From Octopus bimaculoides (Eukaryota), in assembly GCF_001194135.2 (NCBI RefSeq), contig NC_068984.1:119108285-119172284 (forward strand): a stretch of DNA of 64,000 bases. Direction: 5' to 3'. Below the pieces are notes generated by a model, which worked only from the letters and a program-made list of their open reading frames with translations, had not been told where the DNA came from and searched no databases. A program made the position numbers and the translations under genes. This document shows positions 37,190-50,180 of the stretch, piece after piece (the stretch's first letter is position 1; the number at the start of each line of letters is the position of its first letter).

Positions 37190-37680
37190 CTTCACCCACT
37201 TATTCCTGAGAGGTTCTTGGGGACAGAGTCCTCAAACACATCTTCCATCAGGTCTTGTCAGAAGCAACTATCTTCAATTGATCTGGTTGTATCTAACGAT
37301 CTTGTTCATAGTGTACCCCTGAGTCTCCTACTGGTTAGTTTTTGCCCATAAAATCTGTCCAGCAATTCTTTCCTGGGGCTTTCTTACCACATGTCCATAG
37401 TATCGGAGTTGTGATCTCTCACTTCAGAGCAGTCACAGCTCTACCTGGAGCAATTCACTGATCTCCAGGCTATGCTCTTTATCAAGTACCATTACTCCAA
37501 AGACCTTTTGGAAGAACTCCATTTTGGCCACTTGTATTCATAATCATATTCTTTTGGTTATAGGTAAGGGTAGGCATGAACACTGAATTGTAGATAGCAA
37601 GTTTGACTTTTACGCCTACCTCCATTTCTCTAGTGACTGAATGCCATTTCCTGCCCAAATACCAAACTATTTTAGCATCG
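37190..37680 (-). mobile_element. Old fragment of a second RTE-like LINE family
   Basis: VKVKLAIYNSVFMPTLTY resembles the RTE post-RT motif K+KL.IY.S+F.PTLTYG. Heavily degraded downstream. Confidence 0.7.
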
Positions 37681-38172
37681 TTTATGTTTAAACCCAACAG
37701 TTCCGGAGTCTAACCATCCTACAATGTCATTCTAAAAACAAATAATCACATCAAAATCTCAAAACTATGAAATAATGTATGATTAATTAAAACAATGTGA
37801 ATAGATAAACATTACATTTGACAGAATAATCTGAAGACTAGATAGTTAAATTGTATTCAACATATCGAAGTCACCTTCTGCATTTACAGCCCTTCCAACA
37901 AAATTTGCTTTAGAATTCTTCTAGAAACAGCCAATTCTAGATAAGTATATATTTCTTCAAGACATCTATCAAAAAACATTGTTATTTTTTTTACATTCCT
38001 ATTGTTTTGGTAAGTGTGAAATCTGTTCTGTGACCATTGATTGCCCTAATTAACTAATATTGACTTTCTGTCATCTAGATTCTTACAAGCATACTTATCA
38101 TTGATTTTGTTTTAAACAAGTGACTCATTTAGTTTTTTTATTAATACTGTTGCTGTTGTTGTTGTTGTTGTT

Positions 38173-38855
38173 AAGGTGGCGAGTTGGCAGAATTGTTAGC
38201 ATGCCAGGCGAAATGCCTAGCAATCTTTCATTTGTCTTCACATTCTGAGTTCAAATTCTGCTGAGGTTGACTATACCCTTCATCCTTTTGGGGTTGAGGA
38301 ATTAAGCACCAGTTGAGAACTGTGATTGATGTAATCGACTATCCCCCTCCCCCAAATTTCAGGCCTTGTGCCTATAGTAGAAAAGATCATTGGTTATCAT
38401 TATTATTATTATTAAAGTGATTAACTGACGGAACCATTAGCATGCTGGATAAAATGCTTTGCAGCACTTCTCTCAGTTCAAATACCACTGAGGTCGGCTT
38501 TGCTTCCATCCTTTTGGGGGTCGATAAAATAAGTACCATTTGAGCAGTGGGATCAATGTAATTGACTTAACCCCTCTCCTTGAGCCAAAATTTGAAACCA
38601 GTATTGATGTTGTTGTTATTGTTGTTATTATCATTATTGTTAAGGCGGTGAGATGGCAGAATTGGTAGCATGTTGGACGAAATCCTAAGCAGTATTTTGT
38701 CCGTCTTCACATTCTGAGTTCAAATTCCACTGAGGCTGACTTTCCCTTTCATCCTTTCAGGATAGATGAAAAAAGTACCAGTTGAGTACTGGGGTCAATG
38801 TAATTGACTAGTCCCCTCTCCCAAAATTTCAGGCCTTGTACCTATAGTGGAAAGG

Positions 38856-38911
<56 letters not shown>

Positions 38912-39215
38912 CGCCACCGCCGCCACCACCGTCGTTGTTAAGGCAACAAACTGGTAGAATCATTAACATGCTGGATAAAATATTTGGTGACATTTCTTTC
39001 AGCTTTACATTCTAAGTTCAATAGCCACCAAGGTTTACTTTGCCTTCAATCTTTTTGGGGGTCAATAAAATAGTACCAGTTGAGCACTGGGGGTCGATGT
39101 AATCAACTAAATTCCCAACCCCAAAATTTCAGGGCTTGTGCCTACAGTAGAAAGACTACTACTACTTTGCTTTCCCCAAATCTGTGACCTTGTGCCTTTT
39201 TTAGACACCATTATT
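38173..39215 (+). mobile_element. Head-to-tail array of four SINE-B copies plus a tail stub
   Basis: Copies start at 38173, 38414, 38642 and 38940, each after an (ATT)n/(GTT)n tract. Confidence 0.88.
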
Positions 39216-39784
39216 ATTGGTGTTGTTGTTGTATTTCTAGTATTTTCATAAGAGTTGTAGTAGTGAAACTAGGGGCAGGGAAATAGGCAAGGGGCACAGT
39301 CCAGCCCAGTTGAAGGTTTTACAGTGACAGCACTTTTTGGGCCTGCTGTTTAAGCTTAGACAGACTTAGGGGACCACAGTCACAGATGGAAAAGCTACAC
39401 CACAGTTCTACTGTACTGCTAAGTACATTTCCATTTCCCTGAGTTGTGTGCAGCATTGATTTTTAGAAATATGGAATACATTTAATTCTCTGAGTGAATT
39501 GTGTTACTTTATTGTACAGAAAGTGTATTGTGTGAGTTTGTTTGTTTTTAAGTCTGCTTTTCCATGCTAGCATGGGTTAGAAGGAAATTTGTTAAGGCAG
39601 ATTTTCTACTGCTGGATGCTCTTACTTGTTGCCAACTCTCACCTGCTGAAGTGAAAGTTTCTTACATAAGTGGCTATGAGCAGTAGAGCTGTTTTCAAAA
39701 CTCTATGTAATGCGGATGCTGCAGTTGTTTAGCTCCCAGGTCGACATTAATCAAGTAGACCTATAATCCTTTCTACCAGAAACA

Positions 39785-39971
39785 CAAGGCCTGAAATTTT
39801 GTGGGAGGGGGCCAGTCAACAACATCAACCCCAGCACGTGTCTGGTATATATTTTATTGATTCCAAAAGGATGAAAGACAAAGTTGACCTAGGCAGAATT
39901 TAAACTCAGAACATAAAGACAGCTGCTAAGCATTCTGCTTGGCATGCTAACAATTCTGCCAGTTCGCCACC
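39785..39971 (-). mobile_element. SINE family B
   Basis: Reverse-complement homology. The 5' end abuts the TTAA of a MITE. Confidence 0.8.
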
Positions 39972-40201
39972 TTAACCCTTTTGTTACCATATTTCTGTTG
40001 AGATGCTCTGTGTTTCTTTCAACTAATTTTAAAGATAATAAAGAATTTAGTAAAATAACTTAGTTATCATCAAGCTAGTGGTAGGAACATAAGTTGTGAC
40101 TGAGGTTTGGTGGAATATTTTAATTCAAAACTTATGAAAACAAGGCATTTGTACTACAGAGCCAGAGGTGGTTTCAGCTGGGTTGGTATCAAAAGGGTTA
40201 A
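39972..40201. mobile_element. piggyBac-type MITE (family 1)
   Basis: TTAA-CCCTTTTGTTACC ... GGTATCAAAAGGG-TTAA, near-identical to 33995-34223. Confidence 0.8.
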
Positions 40202-40497
40202 GTGGACTTAATTAAGAGCATTCCAGCTGTGGTTATCTCATGTTTTAGGGATTTTTATTCTTTTATTCTTTTACTTGTTTCAGTCATTTGACTGCGGCCA
40301 TGTTGGAGCACCGCCTTTAATCAAGCAAGTCGATCCCAGGACTTATTCTTTGTAAGCCTAGTACTTAATATATCAGTCTCTTTTGCTGAACCACTAAGTT
40401 ATGGGGACATGAATGCACTAGCATCGGTTGTCAAGCGATGTTGGTGGGGACAGACACAGACACACAAACATATACACACATACATACATACATATAT

Positions 40498-40740
40498 ATC
40501 ATCATCATCATCATCATCATCGTTTAACGTCCACCTTCCATGCTAGCATGGGTTGGATGATTTGACTGAGGACTGGTGAAACCGGATGGCAACACCAAGG
40601 CTCCAATCTAATTTGGCAGAGTTTCTACAGCTGGATGCCCTTCCTAACGCCAACCACTCAGAGAGTGTAGTGGGTGCTTTTACGTGTCACCCGCACGAAA
40701 ACGGCCACGCTCGAAATGGTGTCTTTTATGTGCCACCCGC
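40498..40740 (-). mobile_element. RTE 3'-UTR short insertion nested in a SINE-A copy
   Basis: Same family, flanked by SINE-A halves 40262-40480 and 41061-41122. Confidence 0.88.
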
Positions 40741-41025
40741 AATAAATATATATATATATATAAATATATATATATATATNNNNNNNNNNNNNNNNNNNNN
40801 NNNNNNNNNNNNNNNNNNNNNNNNNNNNNNNNNNNNNNNNNNNNNNNNNNNNNNNNNNNNNNNNNNNNNNNNNNNNNNNNNNNNNNNNNNNNNNNNNNNN
40901 NNNNNNNNNNNNNNNNNNNNNNNNNNNNNNNNNNNNNNNNNNNNNNNNNNNNNNNNNNNNNATAAATATATACTTATATATATATATAAATAAATATATA
41001 CTTATATATATATATAAATAAATAA

Positions 41026-41062
<37 letters not shown>

Positions 41063-42707
41063 ACGGGCTTCTTTCAGTTTCCATCTACCAAATCCACTCA
41101 TAAGGCTTTGGTCAGCCTGAGGTATGTATAGGTCTGTATTATTTAATGAGTCCTTTCTTTATTAAAAACAGTAAGATGTGATCTGAGGGAGATTTGACTG
41201 CTATTTGTTGCAGATTGAGCAACATCTTAAATGTTCTTTGGTTGATTCCAATGTAAATTTATAAACCTTGGAGTGAGTATTTTTCATTCATTTATGTTTT
41301 TACTTTATCATATTCAGTGAACCAATTACTGTAGGCACTATTTCTGCACTAATACTTCCAAGGTTCTTGTACTTCAATAGCTTTTATTGACTTCATTAGC
41401 ATATATAGATTTTCATTCTTGTCTTTTATAATGATATCAGACGTTTTTTTTTGTTTTGCTTCATTTTTTTTTTCTCCTTGTCCATCTGAACAGGCAAAAT
41501 CGCAGACAATTGTAGGCAGGCCATTGTTACTGGATTTGGTGCATATTTATATCATTTATTGTTAGTGACAATATATTACCCAATAGACAGCTGTCAACCC
41601 AGGTTTGTTCAGGGATAAATTTTCTCTTTTCTAGAACTGAGCAGGCAGAAATGATGTAATCAATTGTTTCTTTGTGTTTATTGCACAGCCTGCAGCTGAT
41701 TGTTTCATTTTTTTGTTTTTTATAGATTTTTTTTTTTTGGTGAATGTATGTGTATGTGAGTATATGCGTGCATGTGAATGTATGTGTCTATGTGTATGTG
41801 TGTATACGTGTGCATATGTATGCATGCATCAGTGTATATGTCTGTGTATATGGTGTGTGCAGTGCCTAAGAATTGATTATGTGCAGCTAAAATCAGACCT
41901 TCCATTTCTGCTTTTAGCCCAGAGTTTTTGAGTCATTATTGGCTTTCATGCTGGCTTGCTTCCTCTTTATTTAGTATTTCCTGAATGTGATCTGTGACTC
42001 ACTGCAGAATTATAGTGTGACAATCAATACCATTTTGGCATTTGCTTTGTTTTCTTTGACAAGATGGGCAGATAGCGATTTGGTTATGTTGTTTTTTAAA
42101 ATGTTTTTTATGGTATAATTCAAGAGTGTTGTTAGCTTGTCTCTATATTTGCTGTAATTTTTACATGTAGTAACAGAGACTATGTCAGTTGGAGAAGACA
42201 ACAGTCATAAAATATACTTTTCTTTTGATTAGATGGTCTGTCGGGTTTTTGACTGTGTATGAGGTGAATGTGTGTGTGTACAACTTGTTAGGATGATAAA
42301 GAAAATGTTTGGAAAGTGTAGTCATTTTTGGAGATTTGCAATAGAAAAATTTATGGCATATGTATTCTTAGTATATTATTGTTGCAGTGTTGCACTCATT
42401 ATCGTAAGATCATGGTTTCAATTTCTGGTCTGGGTGATGTTTTGTGTTCTTGAGCAAAACACTTCATTTCACAATGCCCTGTGATCATTTGACATCTGAT
42501 ACATGGCATACTGTGCACCTTTACAAGTAATGTCAATTTGGAGTGAAAGAGTGAGCTAATGTACTGCAAAAATATTTGAACATCATCATCGTTTAACATC
42601 CAAACAAATCATCTGTGCAAGTTGTTTAGCAAGAGGTTGCAGAATCTTCACCTCTCGTTTATGACAGAATAACTCACTGTTATTACAGCTTACCTTATTC
42701 TGTCTAG

Positions 42708-43022
42708 TGAAGGCATGTGGCTAAGTGGTAAGGCTCATGATTGTAAGGTCATGAGTTCGATTCCAAGTGGTGCATTGTTTCCTTGAGCAAGACTCTTTAT
42801 TTTATGTTGCTCTAGTCCACTCAACTGGCAAAAATGAGTAGTACTTGTATTTCAAAGGACCAGCCTTGTCACATTTTGTATCACACTGAATTTCCTGGAG
42901 AACAATGTTAAAGGTATGCATTTCTGTGGAGTGCTCAACCACTTGCACATTAATTTCACAAGCAGACTGTTCCATTGATCAGATCAACAGGAATCCCGGT
43001 CATCGTAACCAACTGAGTGTCA
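42708..43022 (+). mobile_element. tRNA-derived SINE, family C
   Basis: A box gtggctaagtgg, B box GAGTTCGATTCC, CORE/Meta-like ccttgagcaagac.cttta. Other copies at 52936-53243, 18668-18900, 47405-47560 and 51810-51905 (minus). Confidence 0.8.
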
Positions 43023-43804
43023 GTAATATTCTACCTGAATGTTGTGCTCAGGAGATAATTGTAGTTTAATTATAGTTTTGCTTTAATTATTATGTCATCA
43101 GTGTATGGGTTGCCTAGAAATTTTGGTTAATAGTATTAAATTTGTAGGTTTTATGAACAGTGATAGTGCAACACAATAGTCTAGAGAATCGTTGGTTGGT
43201 AAGATAGCAGTTGGTTTCTTTGATTTATCTGTTCATGCTGCTGTTGGAGTAAGTGGCAGGAATATCACTGACATAGAATGCTATGCATACATTGTAAGAA
43301 GATTAAAGACAGGTTGTGCACATATGGGTTGAAGAGGGTAAATAATAATAATGAACCTTGTAGCATACCATTTACAAGGCCATATTCTTGGAAAATTTTG
43401 TTTCATTTCATGGTTTTCTGGTAAGTAACAAGACAACCAACATTTGGAGCTGCCAAGAAATTTTGCTTTGTTTTTCTAGTTATTTTTAACAGTATTGTTT
43501 TTAATAACTCAATCATTTTACTATGTTGCTGTTAGCCAACACTAAGAATAATGTACAATGGAGGATATTTTTATATTGTTGAAGCCATTTAGATATTTGT
43601 TGCGAGAGATTATGAGTAATGTTGATGTTGAGGGTAGAGGTTGGAACACACAATGAGTCACAAAGAGAAAAATGTGATATCACCGATATTTGAGGGTATA
43701 CACAGACAACTGTTGTGTCTATAAGATGTGGTTATATGAGTATTGTGAAAATTAGTAAAGGAAACATTTATTGAAACTATAGGGTTGAAGTCACTAAATT
43801 TCAA

Positions 43805-44035
43805 AGGAAACATTTCAAGAACTGAATATTAATATAAAGGATGGAAAGCTTTCAACAACTGAACTTTTATATATAGTTTCAAGATAGTTCTTATGCCTTA
43901 CACAATAGAGCAAAGGCAGGGCATGTGACTGTTTCAGTACTTCCAGCACTTCTGAAATGAGGAGAGGCAGTTGTCCTCCAATCAAGGACCTTGAAACTGA
44001 GTCGATATTGCAAACAGAACCCAATAAAAAGATGG
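43805..44035 (+). mobile_element. Highly decayed LINE fragment (region upstream of RT)
   Basis: Frameshifted KAGHVTVSVLPALLK*GEAVV...PIKRW resembles the KA.G.D.IPAELLK.GGE motif. Confidence 0.4.
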
Positions 44036-45576
44036 TAGTGTCAAACTGGGTGACAGAGTTAGTTTACCACCCGAAAACAGAAACAACCCATCTGATAGGC
44101 TTCCACAAAGTTTCCAACAAATAAATTTGACCCATAAAACTTTGGTCAATCCAAGGTTATGGTACACTTGCCTAAAATGCGCTGTAGTAGGATTGAACCT
44201 AAAACCACATTGTTGCAAAGCAAAATTCTTAGTCATGCATGCACTTATGACAATTAAGAAAAAGAGTTAATGTAATTATGGAGTCAGAGTATTATGACAT
44301 TTTAAAATTAAGTCCTATGAAAATATTTCGTTAAATTTTTAAATAGCAGAAAAGCTAGAGGAACAGAAAATGGTGTATTCATAAGATATAATTTTATATG
44401 ACTTTTTTTATATTTTGCACTCATGTTTTACAAAAACTTGATAGCCAGTATCATCTGCAGTGCCATCAGTTTAAGCCAAATCTTTTTTAGTTTCAGATTA
44501 CTGTGGATTCTATCTCTAATTCTACTTTCAAATGCTATCCTTCTGGACTTAAAATGCTCATACAAAAACAAAAGTGACAAGAAGTTTCATTAAGTAGTTA
44601 CTTTAACTTAAAATTCCTTACTTTTCCATGTTTATTAATCCTGAGTATTTCTGACCACTACATAAAATATTTCAAAATAATACAGTATTTTAATTCCTCA
44701 CTTCATACAAAATATTTTCGTTACCCTCTAGATAAGATTATAGCTCTATGAAAATCATTTAAATACTTTTTCATGGCTGGCAAAGATTAAATATTATAAT
44801 TTATACAACATAAATTGTCTTATTGCCTAAAATTATTTATAACATTCATGTAAATAATCCTTTAGCCTTTGCAGAAAAGTGTATTCTTGTACAAAACAAA
44901 GAATTAATATTTATGCTTCTCTCCAGTAGCAGTCTTCTTATCTCTATAAAATACATTGTAAATAGAAATATTGTTTTATGATTTAGCATTTTCAAGGACT
45001 TGGTATTTTAAAAATAATAGGATAATGATTGTTAAAACCCTTCTATATCATGCTTACTTATATTTTTGTATGTCACCAAAGTCTTTGTCTTTGTGAATTA
45101 CATCAAAGATAAGCCAGTCTGGTAGAAATAATCCCCCTGGAAATGTTATAATTAACTATGTGTGTCTATAAGTCTTTTAATCATACATACTGCTTAGTCA
45201 TAATTATCAAGTATTGTTTTTACAGTCTTTATCATAATACTGTACACCAGCAACTTTTAACTATTTTCAATCCATGACACACTGAATAAAAGTGCAAATG
45301 TTGTGACATCATACTCAAAGTTACTTAAAAGTTTTTCCATACAAAAGATGAGCATTAAAATTGTTTTACTATTTAAAAGCAAGTATGAAAATGTGAAAGG
45401 ACATGGCCTAGTACAGTCATGTACAAACTGCAGTTAGTGGGCCTTCCTGAATGGCAGGTTTAATGACAATTTACCTTGAATTTTTTTAGTAGCACGACCT
45501 ACTTGATGATCAGTCATATCTTACATAGCCCAATTCTTTAAAAAAAATGTTGCCTATGTCAGGCCTGGTGGTTAGA

Positions 45577-45882
45577 GAAGTGGTTCTGAACAGGGGTTCA
45601 TATGACCCCTGAGGGTCCATGCAAAAAAAAAATAGTAAATTAGGAATCTACAGTAGTATTTTAAGGGTCCACAAATTGTTTATTTCAAGAAATAACTAGG
45701 TTTCTTTCTCTAATGTTTTACATAGTTCAACTTTAAGCAAGTTATTGGGTGAAAAGCAAAATAGGAATTTTGAAAGAAGTACCTATAAAACTAGTTTTTG
45801 AACATCAAATGGCTATGGGGTTTCACAGAATAAAATCAAAGTGGTCCATAGATAAAAAAAAAAAAAAAATGGTTGAGAATTA
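45577..45882. mobile_element. Decayed hAT/Charlie-like MITE
   Basis: aagtggttctgaacagggg ... aaaatggttgagaa termini. Confidence 0.45.
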
Positions 45883-46059
45883 GACGGCTAGAGTGTTTGC
45901 CAGATGGTCATAAAATCATGGATTCAATTCTGGGACGAGGCATTTCATTTCATGTCTACTCAGCTGAAAATTAATACAAGCACTAGTGCTGATGCAACCC
46001 TCTCTCCCTCCAGCTTTCAGTTCTTGAATATTCTGCTGGGTTAATGGTGGAAGTGCTGG

Positions 46060-46436
46060 CTGTCTTTCTCTTCTCCTACTCTCTTTTACCTCATGTGCAC
46101 AGCTATTTTATTCTGTATATGTTTTGTCCTTTGCCCCATCACCCAGCCATCTCACTCTTCACTTAATTCACCCAACATGGCCCTCATGACCTTCCTCCCA
46201 TTTCAACTAGCCTGGTTCTTGCTGCTAACTTTTACCACCATTCCTTCGAACTTTGCTTCCTCTCACACTGCTCATCTTCTTCACTACTCATACCACTTTC
46301 CACACATCTCACACTCTCCTTATACTCTCTCTCACTCACTACACCTACCACTCCACATTATTCTTGCACCTCATTTGCCAGTCTATGAACAAAGATATTA
46401 ACCTCTATCCTTTCTCTTCAAAGAAAGACAAGTGTC
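46060..46436 (+). repeat. Dispersed pyrimidine-rich repeat, highly similar to 50495-50884
   Basis: Shared tcatgtgcacagctattttattctgtatatg ... cattattcttgcacctc ... gacaagtgtc. Confidence 0.85.
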
Positions 46437-47652
46437 ACTTGTGGATTCAGTTCCTGGACAAGGCACTTTATTTCATGTTTTATCACTCTACTCAGCTGAA
46501 AATTCATACAAGCACTGGTGCTGATGCAACCCTCTCCCCCCCCCCNNNNNNNNNNCCCAGCTTTCAGTTCTTGAACATTCTGTTGGATCAACAGTGGAAA
46601 TTCCAAGAGAATGTCTATATCAGCTTACTACTACATAGGCACCAAAAGCAATTAATGAAAGCATGGTACATGTTACCAAGTTATACTTGCTTGCAAGTAA
46701 CAGCTTTGCTTGCTTGTGATTAAAATTGTTGTTAAACAGTGATGAAAGCATGCATTGTATTTTGGCACAAAGGAACATTATGCATTAGTGCAGTGCATTA
46801 AAAAAACTCAAATATGCAAAAACTTGCAACATGCCTGCAGACAATAAATAACATTCAAATGTGTCTCAATAATGGTTGAAAACATCTGCTATATACACTA
46901 TACATTGTATATACATACAGTATTTGTAGATAGTATATGAATTTACTGTCCTATTTTTTATTTTGCATTATGTTATATTTCAGACTCCCAATTTTACATT
47001 CTGAGTTCAAATTCCACTGAGGTTGATTTTTACCTTTCACTCTTTTGAGGGTCAATAAAATAATTAACCTGTTGAGTACTGGGGTCAATGTCATCAACAA
47101 GTGTCTCCCCAAAAATTTCAAGTTTTGTGCCTATTATAGAAAGGATTAGGTTATATTTCAGTGTGTGCATGTGTGTGTGTGTGTGTGTGTGTGCATATGT
47201 GTGTGTGCCTGCATGTATGTGTGTGTATATGAGCATGTGTGTGTGCATGCGTGCATGTATGTGAGTGTGGTGTGGTGTGGTGTGTGTGTGTGTGTATGTG
47301 CATGTGTGTATTTGTGCATGCATGTGTGAGTGTGTGTGCATGCATGTGTGTGTGTATGTGAGCATGTGTGTGTGTGCATGTGTGAGTGTGGTGTGTGTGT
47401 GAAGGTATGTGGCCTTGTGGTTAGGGTGTTGCACTCACAATCACAAGATCATGGTTTCAATTCCAAGATTGACAGACCACTATGTTCTTGAGCAAAACAT
47501 TCCATTTCATGTTACTTCAAGCCATCAAGCTGTTAATGGATAACTCTGTCACAGATTGCACTTCATTCAGGAAGAGATTTCATACAATTATATGTATATA
47601 AGCATTTGTGTTGCAAGAATACTGATGTGAAGTCATGTGTTGAAACAGATAT

Positions 47653-47878
47653 TGTTGTATTTTGGGATGGTCATTTTCCTTTTTTTTTTTTTTTGCCAAA
47701 TAAACACATTCTTCACTCATTTATTACTGTTCTTATTCTAACTCATGTCAACTGCCCAGAGTTAAAATATGAACATGAGTTAAAATATGAACAGTAATAA
47801 ATGAGTGAAGAACAAATATATAGTGCATGTGTTTATTTGGCAAAAAAAAAAGAAAAATGACCATCCCAAAATACAACA
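47653..47878. repeat. Foldback inverted repeat (arms about 96 and 106 bp)
   Basis: 47653-47748 is nearly the exact reverse complement of 47773-47878, apart from a 13-nt insertion and poly-T/A length. Confidence 0.9.
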
Positions 47879-47974
47879 TGTATATATTACATTGCGTACA
47901 TTTGATGTGAGAAGTGATGCACATATAGTTACATAGATACATACATAGATATATGCATATACATATATATATAT

Positions 47975-48981
47975 ATCATCATCATCATCATCGTTTAACG
48001 TCCGCTTTCCATGCTAGCATGGGTTGGACGATTTGACTGAGGACTGGTGAAACCGGATGGCAACACCAGGCTCCAATCTAAATTTGGCAGAGTTTCTACA
48101 GCTGGATGCCCTTCCTAACGCCAACCACTCAGAGAGTGTAGGTGCTTTTACGTGTCACCTGCACGAAGGCCAGTCAGGCGATACTGGCAACGGCCACGCT
48201 CGAAATGGTGTCTTTTATGTGCCNNNNNNNNNNNNNNNNNNNNNNNNNNNNNNNNNNNNNNNNNNNNNNNNNNNNNNNNNNNNNNNNNNNNNNNNNNNNN
48301 NNNNNNNNNNNNNNNNNNNNNNNNNNNNNNNNNNNNNNNNNNNNNNNNNNNNNNNNNNNNNNNNNNNNNNNNNNNNNNNNNNNNNNNNNNNNNNNNNNNN
48401 NNNNNNNNNNNNNNNNNNNNNNNNNNNNNNNNNNNNNNNNNNNNNNNNNNNNNNNNNNNNNNNNNNNNNNNNNNNNNNNNNNNNNNNNNNNNNNNNNNNN
48501 NNNNNNNNNNNNNNNNNNNNNNNNNNNNNNNNNNNNNNNNNNNNNNNNNNNNNNNNNNNNNNNNNNNNNNNNNNNNNNNNNNNNNNNNNNNNNNNNNNNN
48601 NNNNNNNNNNNNNNNNNNNNNNNNNNNNNNNAGCACATTTCCAAAGGTCTCGGTCAGTAGTCATCGCCTCGGTGAGGCCCAATGTACAAAGGTCTTGCCT
48701 CACCACCTCAGCCCAGGTCTTCCTGGGCCTACCTCTTCCACGGGTTCCCTCAACTGTTAGGGTGTGGCACTTTTTCAGGCAGCTATCCTCATCCATTCTC
48801 ACCACATGTCCATACCAGCGCAATCGTCTCTCTTGCACACCATAACTGATGCTTCTAATGTTCAGCTTTTCTCTCAAGATACTTACACTCTGACGGGTAT
48901 TCACATTGACATTACACATCCAACGGAGCATACTGGCTTCATTCCTTGCGAGCTTACATATGTCCTCAGCAGTTACAGCCC
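47975..48981 (-). mobile_element. Young 5'-truncated RTE LINE (gap 48224-48631 inside)
   Basis: WAVTAED...RNEASMLRWMC...RRLRWYGHVVRMDEDS...RGRGRPRKTW plus 3' UTR and tail. (TA)n on both flanks. Confidence 0.9.
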
Positions 48982-49922
48982 ATATATATATATATATACA
49001 TATACATACATGTACATATATATGCATATACTCATATATTGTTTGTATCACGACAGAACGCATGCGTTACCTTTATACAGTAAGTTTTAACTATTTTTCT
49101 AACACGACTCTCTCTATTTCTATCTCCCCCTCTCATTCTTCCCTCTACTGTTCTTCGCCTCTACCTGTCACTACTTCTCTCTCTCTCTCTATCTCTTGTT
49201 ACTCGTCCTTCGCCTCTCACCGTTACTACTACTATCTCTCTCTCTCTCTCTACCTTTCGTTGCTCACTTTTATTCTACTTCCTCCCCTCCTTTTCCCTCT
49301 GCTACTCTTTCTCTTCACACAGCCTTGGTCACATGTGTNNNNNNNNNNNNNNNNNNNNNNNNNNNNNNNNNNNNNNNNNNNNNNNNNNNNNNNNNNNNNN
49401 NNNNNNNNNNNNNNNNNNNNNNNNNNNNNNNNNNNNNNNNNNNNNNNNNNNNNNNNNNNNNNNNNNNNNNNNNNNNNNNNNNNNNNNNNNNNNNNNNNNN
49501 NNNNNNNNNNNNNNNNNNNNNNNNNNNNNNNNNNNNNNNNNNNNNNNNNNNNNNNNNNNNNNNNNNNNNNNNNNNNNNNNNNNNNNNNNNNNNNNNNNNN
49601 NNNNNNNNNNNNNNNNNNNNNNNNNNNNNNNNNNNNNNNNNNNNNNNNNNNNNNNNNNNNNNNNNNNNNNNNNNNNNNNNNNNNNNNNNNNNNNNNNNNN
49701 NNNNNNNNNNNNNNNNNNNNNNNNNNNNNNNNNNNNNNNNNNNNNNNNNNNNNNNNNNNNNNNNNNNNNNNNNNNNNNNNNNNNNNNNNNNNNNNNNNNN
49801 NNNNNNNNNNNNNNNNNNNNNNNNNNNNNNNNNNNNNNNNNNNNNNNNNNNNNNNNNNNNNNNNNNNNNNNNNNNNNNNNNNNNNNNNNNNNNNNNNNNN
49901 NNNNNNNNNNNNNNNNNNNNNA

Positions 49923-50180
49923 ACCGCTAAGTTACGGGGGACATAAACACACCAGCATCAGTTGTCAAGCAATGGTGGGGGGACAAACACAGACACACAT
50001 ATATATATACATATATACAACAGGCTTCTTTCAGTTTCTGTCTACCAAATCCACTCACAAGGCTTTGGTCAGCCCGAGGCTATAGTAGAAGACACTTGCC
50101 CAAGGTGCCATGCAGTGGGACTGAACCTGGAACCACGTGGTTGATAAGCAAGCTACTTACCACACAGCCACTCCTGCGCC
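49923..50180 (-). mobile_element. SINE family A (3' end lost in gap)
   Basis: Reverse-complement homology to 638-1026. Confidence 0.85.

Noticed and set aside
38173-39215. Repeat-spacer-like array suggestive of CRISPR
   Set aside because: The units are about 200-bp tRNA-derived SINEs separated by microsatellite tails in eukaryotic DNA; no cas genes.
43815-44024. Protein-like minus-strand ORF
   Set aside because: Better explained as the antisense of a decayed LINE fragment.
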